From: a virus
Lineage: Duplodnaviria; Caudoviricetes
Reading direction: 5' to 3' (one strand)
DNA: 25,697 nt
Virus record (IMG/VR): IMGVR_UViG_3300014775_000091
Coordinates: 1 to 25,697 of that record
Part shown: positions 8,403 to 17,488 of the stretch, piece by piece
Layout of the letters: every line of letters begins with the position of its first letter
Position numbering within the stretch: position 1 is the stretch's first letter
Translations under genes and position numbers: made by a program
Notes under the pieces: model-generated
The model's database searches: none
Told to the model about the DNA's origin: nothing
Seen by the model: only the letters and a program-made list of their open reading frames with translations

Positions 8403-10366
8403 TAATTATCATCCTCCTCATCTAGTCGAATCACATCTCCTGTGTTCGATGTAGATTGATTACTAGGTTCCACCCGCTTATTCGCAGGAGGTTTTGGAAT
8501 AGTAAAAGTTGCAGGTTCTACTCTATCCACACCTGTTGGGGTTAAGAATGCTACATATTGTTTATCGCCTTGGATAAACCACATTTTTGTACCATCTGGA
8601 GAAATTTCCTTTACCAACGGCGTTGGATAGCCCTGAGTCACCAAAGCATCCATCCACGATGATGTAAAAGTTTCCCCTGACTTTTCTAACCCAAACATTC
8701 TATTTTCGCCTTTACGCTCTCTAGCCTCAGCATATTCGTCTATATCACGCTCATCTAGAGGCATCTTATCATCAGCATTTGGAGTTCTCCAGCCTAGATT
8801 ACGATCTTTATACTTACCCTCACCTTTTTCCATAGAGTTTTCTACTTCCTGTGGGGCTTGTTGTTCTTGCTCTGCCTGAGCTGCTTCTTGTTGAACTTGC
8901 ATTATAGCTTGTTGCCTAAGCTGTTCCTCTTGCGCCGTGAGAGCCAAGACTTGAGTTTCTCCTTGGATTTGGGCAAGCGGTACAGGAGCACCGGAGATAA
9001 CAAAGTCAACGTCCTCCAAAGCAGCACTCTGTCGCCTAAGCTGGATATCAAATCCCATATCATTTAGCATCTTAGCAATATTGGCTCGTTGGCTGGCGAA
9101 GTTGATTCTAGTTGCTTCCGCCTTTTCTTCTGGATGTGGAAGTACTAGTTTCCAGTCCTTTACCCCAAAGCCTTCCAATATGAGAGGGAATACTTTTTCG
9201 TGGAACAGCCGTTGATCGGCTTCAACCACCCGACTCATAACCATAAGTTGTTGGGTTTGCGTGGAAAGACCCCCAAAAGCATCTGGCGTACCCTGCCATG
9301 CAGGAGAGACCCCCCATAGAGCAGCAATGCGTTCTCTAATTTCTTGTTTGACTGGTAAGTAATCCATTTCCTGTAAGGTATGGAACAGTCTAACTAAATC
9401 AACTCTACCACGATTTGTTTTGGATGAGACCGCAACCATAGGTACAAAGTTAGGGTCTTGTCTAGCTTGTACAGCGATTGCTTCTCGCTCACGCTTTAAG
9501 CTTTCGGGGTCATCAGTTGAAACCATCAACATGGATGCGGGCATTTTCCTCTCGAAGAAATAGCGGTACAGGTTTCTATCCATACCTATGAGAGTCAAAG
9601 CCTTTTCAAAGATAGTGAGTATAGGAGACCAACCATAGGTCTCAGTAGGGTTAAATTTAGAAAGGTGGATAATTTCACTATCTAAGAAATAATGTACCTC
9701 ACCACGATTGTGATACTTGTACATCGCAGGACGGAGAGCTAAACCACAATCCTTAGTTCCACACTTTCCGTCTTCCTCTCTAGTCTCTTCCCGATGCAGG
9801 GCACAAACAAAGTGCTGTTTCTTCGGCATACCTTCATCATTTAGATCAAATTCAATTAGAGCGGGATTCAACCTTCGTATCTCTTGAATCCTTGACCGAA
9901 GTACGTCCCCCTCATCATGGTAATATTCTTTATGTATGTACAAAAAGGCATCATCGAGAGTGTTTAAATCCCAATGGAATTGCCTTAATACTTCTTCTAA
10001 ACTCTGATCGAAAGTGTTACAGTCTCTGAGGAACTTTTTAATTCTATTTAGTTCTTCCTCGTCAGGGTCTGCTTTAGTAGGTTCAAACGTTAATCCTCTC
10101 CGAAAAACTTCTCCGGTAATATGGGAAACAGGACCTCTAAGTTCCTCAACTTGAAACGCAATCGTTTGAAGGTCTTGCATTAACTGTCTACGGAACTGGA
10201 CTTGGTTTTTAATGTAAGTGTTTACTAGGTAGTCTATCCCAAGTGTGGGAGAACTCCCCGTGTCACCCTCAGCCTTACTAAGACTTAAGAAACCCAACTT
10301 AGCATTCAAGTCTTCCATCTTTCCCATCAACGAAGGTGTTTCAGGAAGATAGTTGTTTAACCTCAT
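8402..10366 (-). CDS. Portal protein
   Basis: 654 aa; IIHLSKFNP..YGWSP, YFFER..P, MDYL...IAALWGVSP portal-type motifs; downstream of terL. Confidence 0.85.
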   Translation of the reverse strand: MRLNNYLPETPSLMGKMEDLNAKLGFLSLSKAEGDTGSSPTLGIDYLVNTYIKNQVQFRRQLMQDLQTIAFQVEELRGPVSHITGEVFRRGLTFEPTKADPDEEELNRIKKFLRDCNTFDQSLEEVLRQFHWDLNTLDDAFLYIHKEYYHDEGDVLRSRIQEIRRLNPALIEFDLNDEGMPKKQHFVCALHREETREEDGKCGTKDCGLALRPAMYKYHNRGEVHYFLDSEIIHLSKFNPTETYGWSPILTIFEKALTLIGMDRNLYRYFFERKMPASMLMVSTDDPESLKREREAIAVQARQDPNFVPMVAVSSKTNRGRVDLVRLFHTLQEMDYLPVKQEIRERIAALWGVSPAWQGTPDAFGGLSTQTQQLMVMSRVVEADQRLFHEKVFPLILEGFGVKDWKLVLPHPEEKAEATRINFASQRANIAKMLNDMGFDIQLRRQSAALEDVDFVISGAPVPLAQIQGETQVLALTAQEEQLRQQAIMQVQQEAAQAEQEQQAPQEVENSMEKGEGKYKDRNLGWRTPNADDKMPLDERDIDEYAEARERKGENRMFGLEKSGETFTSSWMDALVTQGYPTPLVKEISPDGTKMWFIQGDKQYVAFLTPTGVDRVEPATFTIPKPPANKRVEPSNQSTSNTGDVIRLDEEDDN

Positions 10367-10369
10367 AAA

Positions 10370-10799
10370 TTAACCCTCTGTCCTTGTAAGACCGGAGACA
10401 TCACCCAAAGCTGCTAGTTTTACTATTGCTGACAGAGCAGACTCCTTGAATAAGTATGTTTCGGATTGAGAAAGTCGTCTAACCTCATCCCTCAATTTTT
10501 GATTTTCCTCTTTCATTTCAGAGGCTATGGTTTGGGCTTGTACTAATTCGTCGTTTAGAGCTTCATTCTCCGCCATGGTTGCACTCTTTAGTACCCCCAG
10601 ACGAGCCGCTTCTCTTACTAGAGAATGATATGCTCCTTCACTAAGAACAGTCACGGCTGGATGATCGTCAGGAATATCGTCCTCTGGCTCCAAAGTACCT
10701 AACTCGTTATGCCAAGTATCTAATATTCTCCATGTACCAGCGTTGTCTCGATTAGAGACATACTGTTCTCCACGTTCTCTTAAAATAGAACCGATAGGC
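10370..10799 (-). CDS. Hypothetical protein with C-terminal coiled coil (143 aa; ATG at 10799-10801)
   Basis: AAGGAG RBS; preceded by a tandem promoter motif. The ORF track gives 10370..10801. Confidence 0.6.
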
Positions 10800-10820
10800 A
10801 TTACTATGCTCCTTCTAAAC

Positions 10821-10839
10821 TATTATACTCTATTATACT
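10821..10839 (-). promoter_or_regulatory. Tandem candidate late promoters (AGTATAATA x2, 10-bp period)
   Basis: Plus strand tattatact-c-tattatact in the nrdJ/portal-operon gap. Confidence 0.7.
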
Positions 10840-10843
10840 GAAT

Positions 10844-12772
10844 TTATGCTATGTGGCACTTAGACCACCCACAACTCTTACAAGCAATACAGCCACTCTC
10901 ATCGACTAACATTGGATTGTCACAGCACTCATCAGCACCTACTAAAACAGGAACTTTATCTTCTTGGGAGTCTAGGAACGACAGATCAACAGAGGTGGGA
11001 GTTTCTTCATCTTTCTTATCAGCTTTTACCAAAACTTCCATTTCTCTACTACCTGAACGATATACAGTTATTCCTTTACATTTTGATTCCCAAGCTGACA
11101 TATATGCTGCGTACACATCTTCAAGGGTAGCTTCATTTGGGAAGTTGATAGTCTTAGAGATACCTGAGTCACACGATTCTTGGAAAGCTGCTTGCATAGC
11201 TACGTGAGATTCTGGGCTGATATCCATAGCGGTAACATAAGTTTGCTTCACCCACTCTGGAACATCGTCTCTATCTTGGATTGAACCACCCCCAGAAATA
11301 AACTCCATCAAATCCTCAGAATAAAAATTATACTTTTTGGCATCCCGTTCAAAATACTTGTTTACGTAGTAAAGAGTTTCCCCTTCTAGGATATTCATCT
11401 TCTTCCACGCTAAAGCGAAAGTAGGTTCAATGCCACTAGAAGTATCAGCAAGCATGGAAATAGTTCCTGTGGGAGCTACGGTCAAACGACAAGCGTTACG
11501 GAATCTATCATCAGTATCAACATAATCACTATTGTGCCATGCCGGGAAAACCCCCCGTTCTTCAGCTAGAAGTTTAGATTCCGCATCAGCAATATCTTTA
11601 ATAAAGCCCATCAACGAACGTCCTATCTCTCTAGCTTCCGGGGTGTCATACCCCAATCTAAGCTGGATTAGCAAGTCCGAAAAGCCCATAACACCCAAAC
11701 CGATTTTACGGGTTGCTTTAGTCATACGTTCTATATCACTAGTTGCATAATAATTAGCGTCAATTACGTTGTCTAAGAATCGTACTGCGGTTCGCACAGT
11801 TTTTGCCAGCCCTGTCCAATTAATATTATCTCTTGGTACAGCAGTTGGTTCAGTTGAACTAGTGTTTCCGTTCGGGTTCTTGTAGAAATTAGCAAGATTT
11901 ATTGAACCCAAGTTACAGGACTCGTTGCCTAATAGAGGTTGTTCGCCGCAAGGGTTTGTTGCAATCATCCTACCATGCTCTTGTTTAACGTGGTTGTCTC
12001 GGTTAACTTCATCAAGGAAAATCATACCGGGTTCACCATTGCGCCATGCCCCGTAAACCATTTTACTAAATACTTCACGAGCGTCTAATTCCCCCACCAC
12101 TTCATTAGAACGTGGGTTAATCAAAGGGTAATGAATGCCAGCTTTTACAGCTTTCATAAAATCTGTAGTTACCCCAACAGAAATATTAAAATTGTGGATT
12201 TCGCCTTCTTGTGCTTTACAGTCAATAAACTCAAGAATATCTGGGTGATGGACATCCATCACAGCCATATTCGCACCATCACGTTTACCGCCCTGAGTAA
12301 TCATAGAGGAAACCCTTGATAAGGTTTTCAGTACTTCAATTGGTCCACAAGCAATACCATGAGTAGTTTTTATCCTGTCTCCACGGGGTCGAAGCTTAGA
12401 CAAAGCAAATCCTGTGCCTCCCCCAAATTTTTGAACCATTGCAGCGTCATGGGCAGCTTTCATAATACCCCCCATACTGTCTTCTAAAGGAAGCACGAAA
12501 CAAGCAGATAGCGTACCCTGTTTTGTACCGGCGTTCATCAAGGTAGGAGAGTTAGGGATGAAATCTAAAGTTTCCATCATCCCGTAAAAATCATTAGAGA
12601 TAAGTTTAACTTCTGCGTCTAGTTTACCGAAAGAAGTCTTCTCAACATCCGCCACCGCATCAGCGACCCGTCTAAACAAACCATCAGCGTTTTCTATGGG
12701 GTTCCCGTCATCGTCTTTTAAAAAGTATCTCTTTTCCGCTACGGTTTGAGCTTGAGAAGATAAAGTTACCAT
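10844..12772 (-). CDS. nrdJ: Class II (adenosylcobalamin-dependent) ribonucleotide reductase
   Basis: NSPTLMNAG, LSACFV, TNPCGEQPL, ESCNLGSINL, APTGTIS, DSGISKTIN, KGITVYR; C-terminal CxxCGWSKC; no ATP cone and no nrdB in the window. Confidence 0.92.
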   Translation of the reverse strand: MVTLSSQAQTVAEKRYFLKDDDGNPIENADGLFRRVADAVADVEKTSFGKLDAEVKLISNDFYGMMETLDFIPNSPTLMNAGTKQGTLSACFVLPLEDSMGGIMKAAHDAAMVQKFGGGTGFALSKLRPRGDRIKTTHGIACGPIEVLKTLSRVSSMITQGGKRDGANMAVMDVHHPDILEFIDCKAQEGEIHNFNISVGVTTDFMKAVKAGIHYPLINPRSNEVVGELDAREVFSKMVYGAWRNGEPGMIFLDEVNRDNHVKQEHGRMIATNPCGEQPLLGNESCNLGSINLANFYKNPNGNTSSTEPTAVPRDNINWTGLAKTVRTAVRFLDNVIDANYYATSDIERMTKATRKIGLGVMGFSDLLIQLRLGYDTPEAREIGRSLMGFIKDIADAESKLLAEERGVFPAWHNSDYVDTDDRFRNACRLTVAPTGTISMLADTSSGIEPTFALAWKKMNILEGETLYYVNKYFERDAKKYNFYSEDLMEFISGGGSIQDRDDVPEWVKQTYVTAMDISPESHVAMQAAFQESCDSGISKTINFPNEATLEDVYAAYMSAWESKCKGITVYRSGSREMEVLVKADKKDEETPTSVDLSFLDSQEDKVPVLVGADECCDNPMLVDESGCIACKSCGWSKCHIA

Positions 12773-12781
12773 TGAAGCCTC

Positions 12782-14422
12782 CTAGCCTCTGTATAAACAC
12801 AGTAAACAAAGTTTATTTTCGGGAACCCACACAGAAGGACCACATCCTTGTTTTGTACAAGTTGGGTCAGGTGCATTTTGATGCGTTTCCGTTTGGGGAT
12901 TACTAGTATTATACTGGTCATTCGGCTGGGGTTCAAGCCTTTTCATAACCTCTTTTACACCACTTTTGTCTTCCCCCTGATCATCAAATAAATCATTCAT
13001 ATTACCGACTGTTTGTATCTTATATCGGCTAGATTCATAAGCTGCTGTAAGAGCCATAGCGACTGAGAAAAAAGCATCTCCATGACCCATAGGAGTCTCT
13101 GGGGCTTTGAGTTCATTACTAACCGAAAGTATCTGTTGTTTTTGCCTTTCATCCGCCAATAATTTTAGATTGCCCGAATTCACATACTCTTCAAATATTT
13201 GTGCCATAGTATGTTTACTCTTAGCACTGAACGACATAGGCCACCAAGCTGAGTTAAGACCTCTATCCTCCAGTTCTCCTCTTGTGTTATCGACATACCC
13301 TTTAGTTATTTTGAAATTTTTAGATACATCATTTAGATATTCTATCTGAGCCGAATAATCCCACCCATCTAACCACGACTGGTGAATCTGTTCTAGATAT
13401 TGACCATTGCGCTTAAAGATAACTAGATGTGATGGGTGTCTTTTCTTACCCACATCGAAGCCAGCGTAAATCTCATCTTCTTCTGTGAAGAGATGGTCAA
13501 CTAACGGAGGTAAACTTCGTAGGGTGTAGTCCTCACATTTGGAAATTTCATCATGTGTAAAGTAAGCTTCCGTATTGAACGCCGGTTGCAACAAAAACTC
13601 AGATGCAAAAGATTTAGGTTTAGCTGCCTGAGTGTCGAGTAGAAATTTCTCAGTATACATTTCAGGAAATAAAACCCGTCTCCCCGGTACTGGGTCTAAT
13701 GCAGGTAATTTACGGGTGACAAATCTATCATCTGATTCTAATACTGATAACAAGTCTCCCGGCATCATAGGAGTACCAACTATAATAATGGGAACCCCTT
13801 GATTTGGAATAAACATAGATTCCGTAAGAAAGTGGTCTTCTATCTTTTTCATCACACCCATTGCTAGTGGGTTCTCTGGGTCACGCAGGATGTCATCAGC
13901 AATCAAAGCACCGTTAACATGCATACCTCGTTTGAATGAGAATAGACCCCCATGAAGAACCTCTCCTATTGCTCCATCTACATCATACCTAAACGTAAAA
14001 TCTGCTCGTGGTGCTTTGTTGGTAAACCATTGTTGTAGGATTGGGTTACGAGCAACTTCTTTGTTTAACTCTCCTATATGGTATTTAGCCATAGTGTCTG
14101 AATAAGAAAGATAAAGAATGTTTGCGTTAGTCCCCATCTTTAACATACGCCAAACACTAAAAGCGTGTCCCAAGATAGTGGATTTGAAATGTGCTCTTGG
14201 GAGAATGCCTACATAATGTTTACCGTTTTCCAAACATTCTTCGATATCTTCGCAAATCGTAGCCACATGCCAAGCTTTAAAATACTCTGGATGGTCAAAA
14301 CCCTGCGACCAAACATCTCTAGTAAATTCCCAGAAACTTCCGACAGAGTATTTCTTATTTGTTTCTAACTTATCAGCAATTAAAGATAGCGCATCAGCCA
14401 CCGAAACGGTCTCATTAGGCAT
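12782..14422 (-). CDS. terL: Terminase large subunit
   Basis: Walker A variant LPRAHFKST, Walker B LIADD, coupling motif VGTP, RNase H-like GFDVG...HGDAF. Confidence 0.9.
   Translation of the reverse strand: MPNETVSVADALSLIADKLETNKKYSVGSFWEFTRDVWSQGFDHPEYFKAWHVATICEDIEECLENGKHYVGILPRAHFKSTILGHAFSVWRMLKMGTNANILYLSYSDTMAKYHIGELNKEVARNPILQQWFTNKAPRADFTFRYDVDGAIGEVLHGGLFSFKRGMHVNGALIADDILRDPENPLAMGVMKKIEDHFLTESMFIPNQGVPIIIVGTPMMPGDLLSVLESDDRFVTRKLPALDPVPGRRVLFPEMYTEKFLLDTQAAKPKSFASEFLLQPAFNTEAYFTHDEISKCEDYTLRSLPPLVDHLFTEEDEIYAGFDVGKKRHPSHLVIFKRNGQYLEQIHQSWLDGWDYSAQIEYLNDVSKNFKITKGYVDNTRGELEDRGLNSAWWPMSFSAKSKHTMAQIFEEYVNSGNLKLLADERQKQQILSVSNELKAPETPMGHGDAFFSVAMALTAAYESSRYKIQTVGNMNDLFDDQGEDKSGVKEVMKRLEPQPNDQYNTSNPQTETHQNAPDPTCTKQGCGPSVWVPENKLCLLCLYRG
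12907..12915 (-). promoter_or_regulatory. Candidate late promoter inside the terL 3' end, upstream of nrdJ
   Basis: Exact AGTATAATA about 135 nt before the nrdJ start, in a linker-coding stretch. Confidence 0.5.
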
Positions 14423-14942
14423 TACCGGCTACATCCTTTTCTTCTTTGGCTGTATTAGAAACCAGTAACCTTAACTTGGCTGCTATACGCTGCATCGTTT
14501 CAGCATCGTCAATCTCATCTATAAGAATCTGTATCACATCTTGCACAAACTGCAAATTTATCAAGCCTTCTAGGACTTGGCGTTCTCCTTGGATTCCAAT
14601 AGTTGTTGCCTTCACAGCATCCAAAGCCCTATCAAAGGTTAAGGAATTTAGTTCTGTAGAAGCTTTACGTCTAATAGTTTCGTATACATCTAGATGTTCT
14701 TTTTGCAACCGAGCCAAACGTTCTGATTCTGTCTCAGCGGCTTTTTCAACAGCTTTTGTTTTGACCTTGTGTAACTCATTTTCCCAACCATACTTTTTTA
14801 CCCAAGCGTAAATAGTTTGATTGCTGACATCGACAGAAAATTCAGTAGATACTGTTTCCGCAATCTGTCGTGCGGAATAAGTATCCTGAAGATACAACTT
14901 CAAGGCTCTGTTTTTTGCTTCTTGGGGTATAATTTTCGGCAT
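14415..14942 (-). CDS. terS: Terminase small subunit (N-terminal HTH)
   Basis: ALKLY...SARQIAE...NQTIYAWVKKYGW HTH followed by helices; overlaps the terL start. Confidence 0.75.
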   Translation of the reverse strand: MPKIIPQEAKNRALKLYLQDTYSARQIAETVSTEFSVDVSNQTIYAWVKKYGWENELHKVKTKAVEKAAETESERLARLQKEHLDVYETIRRKASTELNSLTFDRALDAVKATTIGIQGERQVLEGLINLQFVQDVIQILIDEIDDAETMQRIAAKLRLLVSNTAKEEKDVAGNA

Positions 14943-14945
14943 GTT

Positions 14946-15431
14946 TTATTCTGTTGGGATGTCGGGATATTCCGCTGTACCGTAATGGTACGCTGCGTGT
15001 TCAGGGTTTTGAGAATCTATGCTACCCCCATATGGAGTACCGTTAGATTGAAGTAGCTTACTGAAGTCCATATAACCAGTTTTGTTTGTAGCTGCATTGT
15101 AGCAAGCAGGTACTTTAAACTTAGCCCCGTTTGAAAAGAAATTCTTAAAGTCTACACCAATCTCATCTCGTGTACAGACACCCTTCCAAATCTCAGCTTG
15201 CTCAACAATAGGTTTGAAATGGTTGTTTTTCCTAAGAGTTCCAGATGTACGCTGCGTGTCAGCAAATTGGGTATTGTTGATGCACTCAAAGTATTTACAC
15301 CAAACAACTACGCCGTGTTTTTCTTTTAAATCTTCTAGTGTGGTACCTTCTGGAAACCTATCTTCATAAACTGAGGTTTCTTCCGTTTTAGGTCCGTTTT
15401 TAGACACATACATCTTAAAGTTCTTTTCCAT
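14946..15431 (-). CDS. Hypothetical Cys-containing protein (possible metal binding)
   Basis: CKYFECINN...CTRD...PAC, four Cys; between ruvC and terS. Confidence 0.6.
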   Translation of the reverse strand: MEKNFKMYVSKNGPKTEETSVYEDRFPEGTTLEDLKEKHGVVVWCKYFECINNTQFADTQRTSGTLRKNNHFKPIVEQAEIWKGVCTRDEIGVDFKNFFSNGAKFKVPACYNAATNKTGYMDFSKLLQSNGTPYGGSIDSQNPEHAAYHYGTAEYPDIPTE

Positions 15432-15873
15432 ACCTTTTCCTCCACAATGCTATACAGGCTGCATCCGCATAATCCTGCTCTGGAAATTTATCTCCCCACA
15501 TATCCTTAGCAAACGCCATAATATCAGGCTTTTTAGCGTTGCCTTTCCCTAATACTTGTCTCTTCCATGTATTGTTGTCCACAGCCACAAAAGAGATACC
15601 AGACCGATGAAGTCCGTATTTTATACCAGCTACAACTGAAGCTATCGCTATAGTTGCTTTTGCGTTTTGTATGTATATCGCGGACTCAATTGCCGCTGCG
15701 GTCATAGTTATTATACTTAAATCAGCATTGAATTTATCAAGTATCTCGTAAAAACGATCATCCGCAGATTTCAAAGGACTGCCGAATTTACGTAAATCGA
15801 CTAAATTTTCATCATCATCTACGAAAGCCGCATGGACAGCCTTGGAAGAACAATCAAAACCGGCATAAATCAT
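15415..15873 (-). CDS. ruvC: RuvC-like Holliday junction resolvase
   Basis: AGFDCS, AIES, TWK...GKGNAKK, DYADA acidic motifs. Confidence 0.88.
   Translation of the reverse strand: MIYAGFDCSSKAVHAAFVDDDENLVDLRKFGSPLKSADDRFYEILDKFNADLSIITMTAAAIESAIYIQNAKATIAIASVVAGIKYGLHRSGISFVAVDNNTWKRQVLGKGNAKKPDIMAFAKDMWGDKFPEQDYADAACIALWRKRYGKEL
15709..15717 (-). promoter_or_regulatory. Candidate late promoter embedded in ruvC, upstream of the terminase genes
   Basis: Exact AGTATAATA; first copy in transcription order, at the replication/packaging boundary. Confidence 0.5.
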
Positions 15874-16040
15874 TCTGAATCAAAATTATGATTTTCAACT
15901 AACTCATTCAAGTATAACACTGTTTCAGCTATAAAATTTATCTTCTGTAACATAGTATGTTGATCTTTTTGGTGTATATCAAAACGCATTGATAAACAAC
16001 ACAGCTCTACAGAAGATAGGATATCAAGCATCTCGTCCAT
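15870..16040 (-). CDS. Small hypothetical protein (56 aa; start revised to MDEML)
   Basis: GAGGAG RBS 7 nt before ATG 16038-16040; fills the gap to ruvC with a 4-nt overlap. Confidence 0.55.
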   Translation of the reverse strand: MDEMLDILSSVELCCLSMRFDIHQKDQHTMLQKINFIAETVLYLNELVENHNFDSE

Positions 16041-16542
16041 AAATAGACTCCTCATATGATTTGGTTCTAAGAGCGACCACTCTCGAAACAGTTGCGTAGG
16101 CAGACGTATACAATCGAAGTTCCCCAAGAGTCTTCTGATAAACAGTTTTCATGTTTATGCACTCTCTTAGCAAATCCATCAACGCTGGATTAGTCATCAA
16201 CACTTCACCCCTCAAGTTTTCTTTACTAGGTTTTCGTTGATTTTCGATTCTGTACTTATCAGCCACTTTAAACATAGCTATATTATAGGCTTCTTCAAAC
16301 TGAGCTTCCATAGCCCCTTTACGAGCCTCTAAATCAGCTACATGTTGTTCTAGCAATCCTTTCAAGCCCCCGTAAACAACTAGATAATCAGACAACTCTT
16401 TCGCTGAGGCTGTCATTACCTTAGAAAAGTCTAATTCCGTTTCCGGTCGGTTAGTATCTAAAACAATTTTAGGGATACTAAGGTTAGCGACATAATCATT
16501 CGCTTGTTGTATAGCATCTCCATAAGACCATCTTTTTCTCAT
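16024..16542 (-). CDS. Coiled-coil protein, possibly a UvsY-like recombination mediator
   Basis: Long helical hairpin with a basic mid-loop, among RecA/Cas4/RuvC genes; no diagnostic motif. Confidence 0.4.
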   Translation of the reverse strand: MRKRWSYGDAIQQANDYVANLSIPKIVLDTNRPETELDFSKVMTASAKELSDYLVVYGGLKGLLEQHVADLEARKGAMEAQFEEAYNIAMFKVADKYRIENQRKPSKENLRGEVLMTNPALMDLLRECINMKTVYQKTLGELRLYTSAYATVSRVVALRTKSYEESIYGRDA

Positions 16543-17222
16543 AAGTCAAATTTCCCCTGCGGTGTAACTTTTTTACAGTCACAATACCATTCCCCAGTAC
16601 ACTTTTCCGGTATAGCTTTCATGTTCATTATCCGGTGGCATCTATCAACTATATCTGACCACATCTTATCATCCGGAATAATCTTAAAGCATTTCCACTC
16701 TTGATTATCTTTGTTTTCATACAAAACATAACCAATTTCATACTCAGTCGTATGCAAATACAACTGAATCTGTACCATATGTTCCGGTTTAGGTGCGGAT
16801 AGTTTTGAGAATAGACTACTCTTAATAGTTTTCAATTCTAGAATAGCAGTACGATTCGTCTGAGATGTGATAAGGAAATCCATACGTCCAGAAATAGGAG
16901 GGTCTTGATACTTTGCGGGTACTTCCCGATCTTTGAAAAGATCAGCTTTCACTAAATACTTTTCCATCCGATCTTCAAAAGTATTTCCGTGATCGAAAAT
17001 TCTCTGTAGCTTAGGATTAACATCTAGTGCGGGCAACATACCATTGTAAGCATAGTATAGATACCTATCACAAGGGTTACCTAAGGAAGATGGGTAAAAC
17101 ACTCCTTGCGACGGAGCACGACCGGGGTCTACGATAGTTGCTTCTATCTCAAGCGGTAGCCAATTATCCTTAGTAGATGTTTTAGTTACGTTTCCGGGTC
17201 GAATCTGTCTAATTCCTGCCAC
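16539..17222 (-). CDS. Cas4-like PD-(D/E)xK exonuclease
   Basis: PSSLGNPC, GRMDF...ELKT, QIQLY, C-terminal CTGEWYCDC (1+3 Cys Fe-S staple). Confidence 0.85.
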   Translation of the reverse strand: MAGIRQIRPGNVTKTSTKDNWLPLEIEATIVDPGRAPSQGVFYPSSLGNPCDRYLYYAYNGMLPALDVNPKLQRIFDHGNTFEDRMEKYLVKADLFKDREVPAKYQDPPISGRMDFLITSQTNRTAILELKTIKSSLFSKLSAPKPEHMVQIQLYLHTTEYEIGYVLYENKDNQEWKCFKIIPDDKMWSDIVDRCHRIMNMKAIPEKCTGEWYCDCKKVTPQGKFDL

Positions 17223-17488
17223 AGTCTAGTCCTTATCGTTTCTAACGTGTTTTCTTTAAAGTGCATTATATCACAAATGCCTTGTTGTTTCAAAGCAGCA
17301 TCTCGTTTTTGGTCTCTCTTTTGTAAGTGTCCAAAAACACCATCAGCTTCAATAACAGCTTCTAACTCAGGTAAGTAGAAGTCTACTGTGTATGGAGGGA
17401 ACTCTGCTTGATACACATACCGAAGCCCCGTTTCCTCCAAACACCTTTGTATTAGTTTTTCTTGGTCAGTCCAATATCTGAACGGCAT
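17186..17488 (-). CDS. DUF559/Vsr-like endonuclease
   Basis: YTVDFYL...VIEADG..GH..RDQKRD motif. Confidence 0.8.
   Translation of the reverse strand: MPFRYWTDQEKLIQRCLEETGLRYVYQAEFPPYTVDFYLPELEAVIEADGVFGHLQKRDQKRDAALKQQGICDIMHFKENTLETIRTRLWQELDRFDPET

Noticed and set aside
11326-11334. Near-match promoter motif AGTATAATT inside nrdJ
   Set aside because: One mismatch, far from a start codon, and explained by Lys-Tyr-Asn codons.
16539-17222. Cas4 as evidence of a CRISPR-Cas locus
   Set aside because: No repeat-spacer array or other cas genes seen; solo Cas4-like nucleases are common in phage replication modules.
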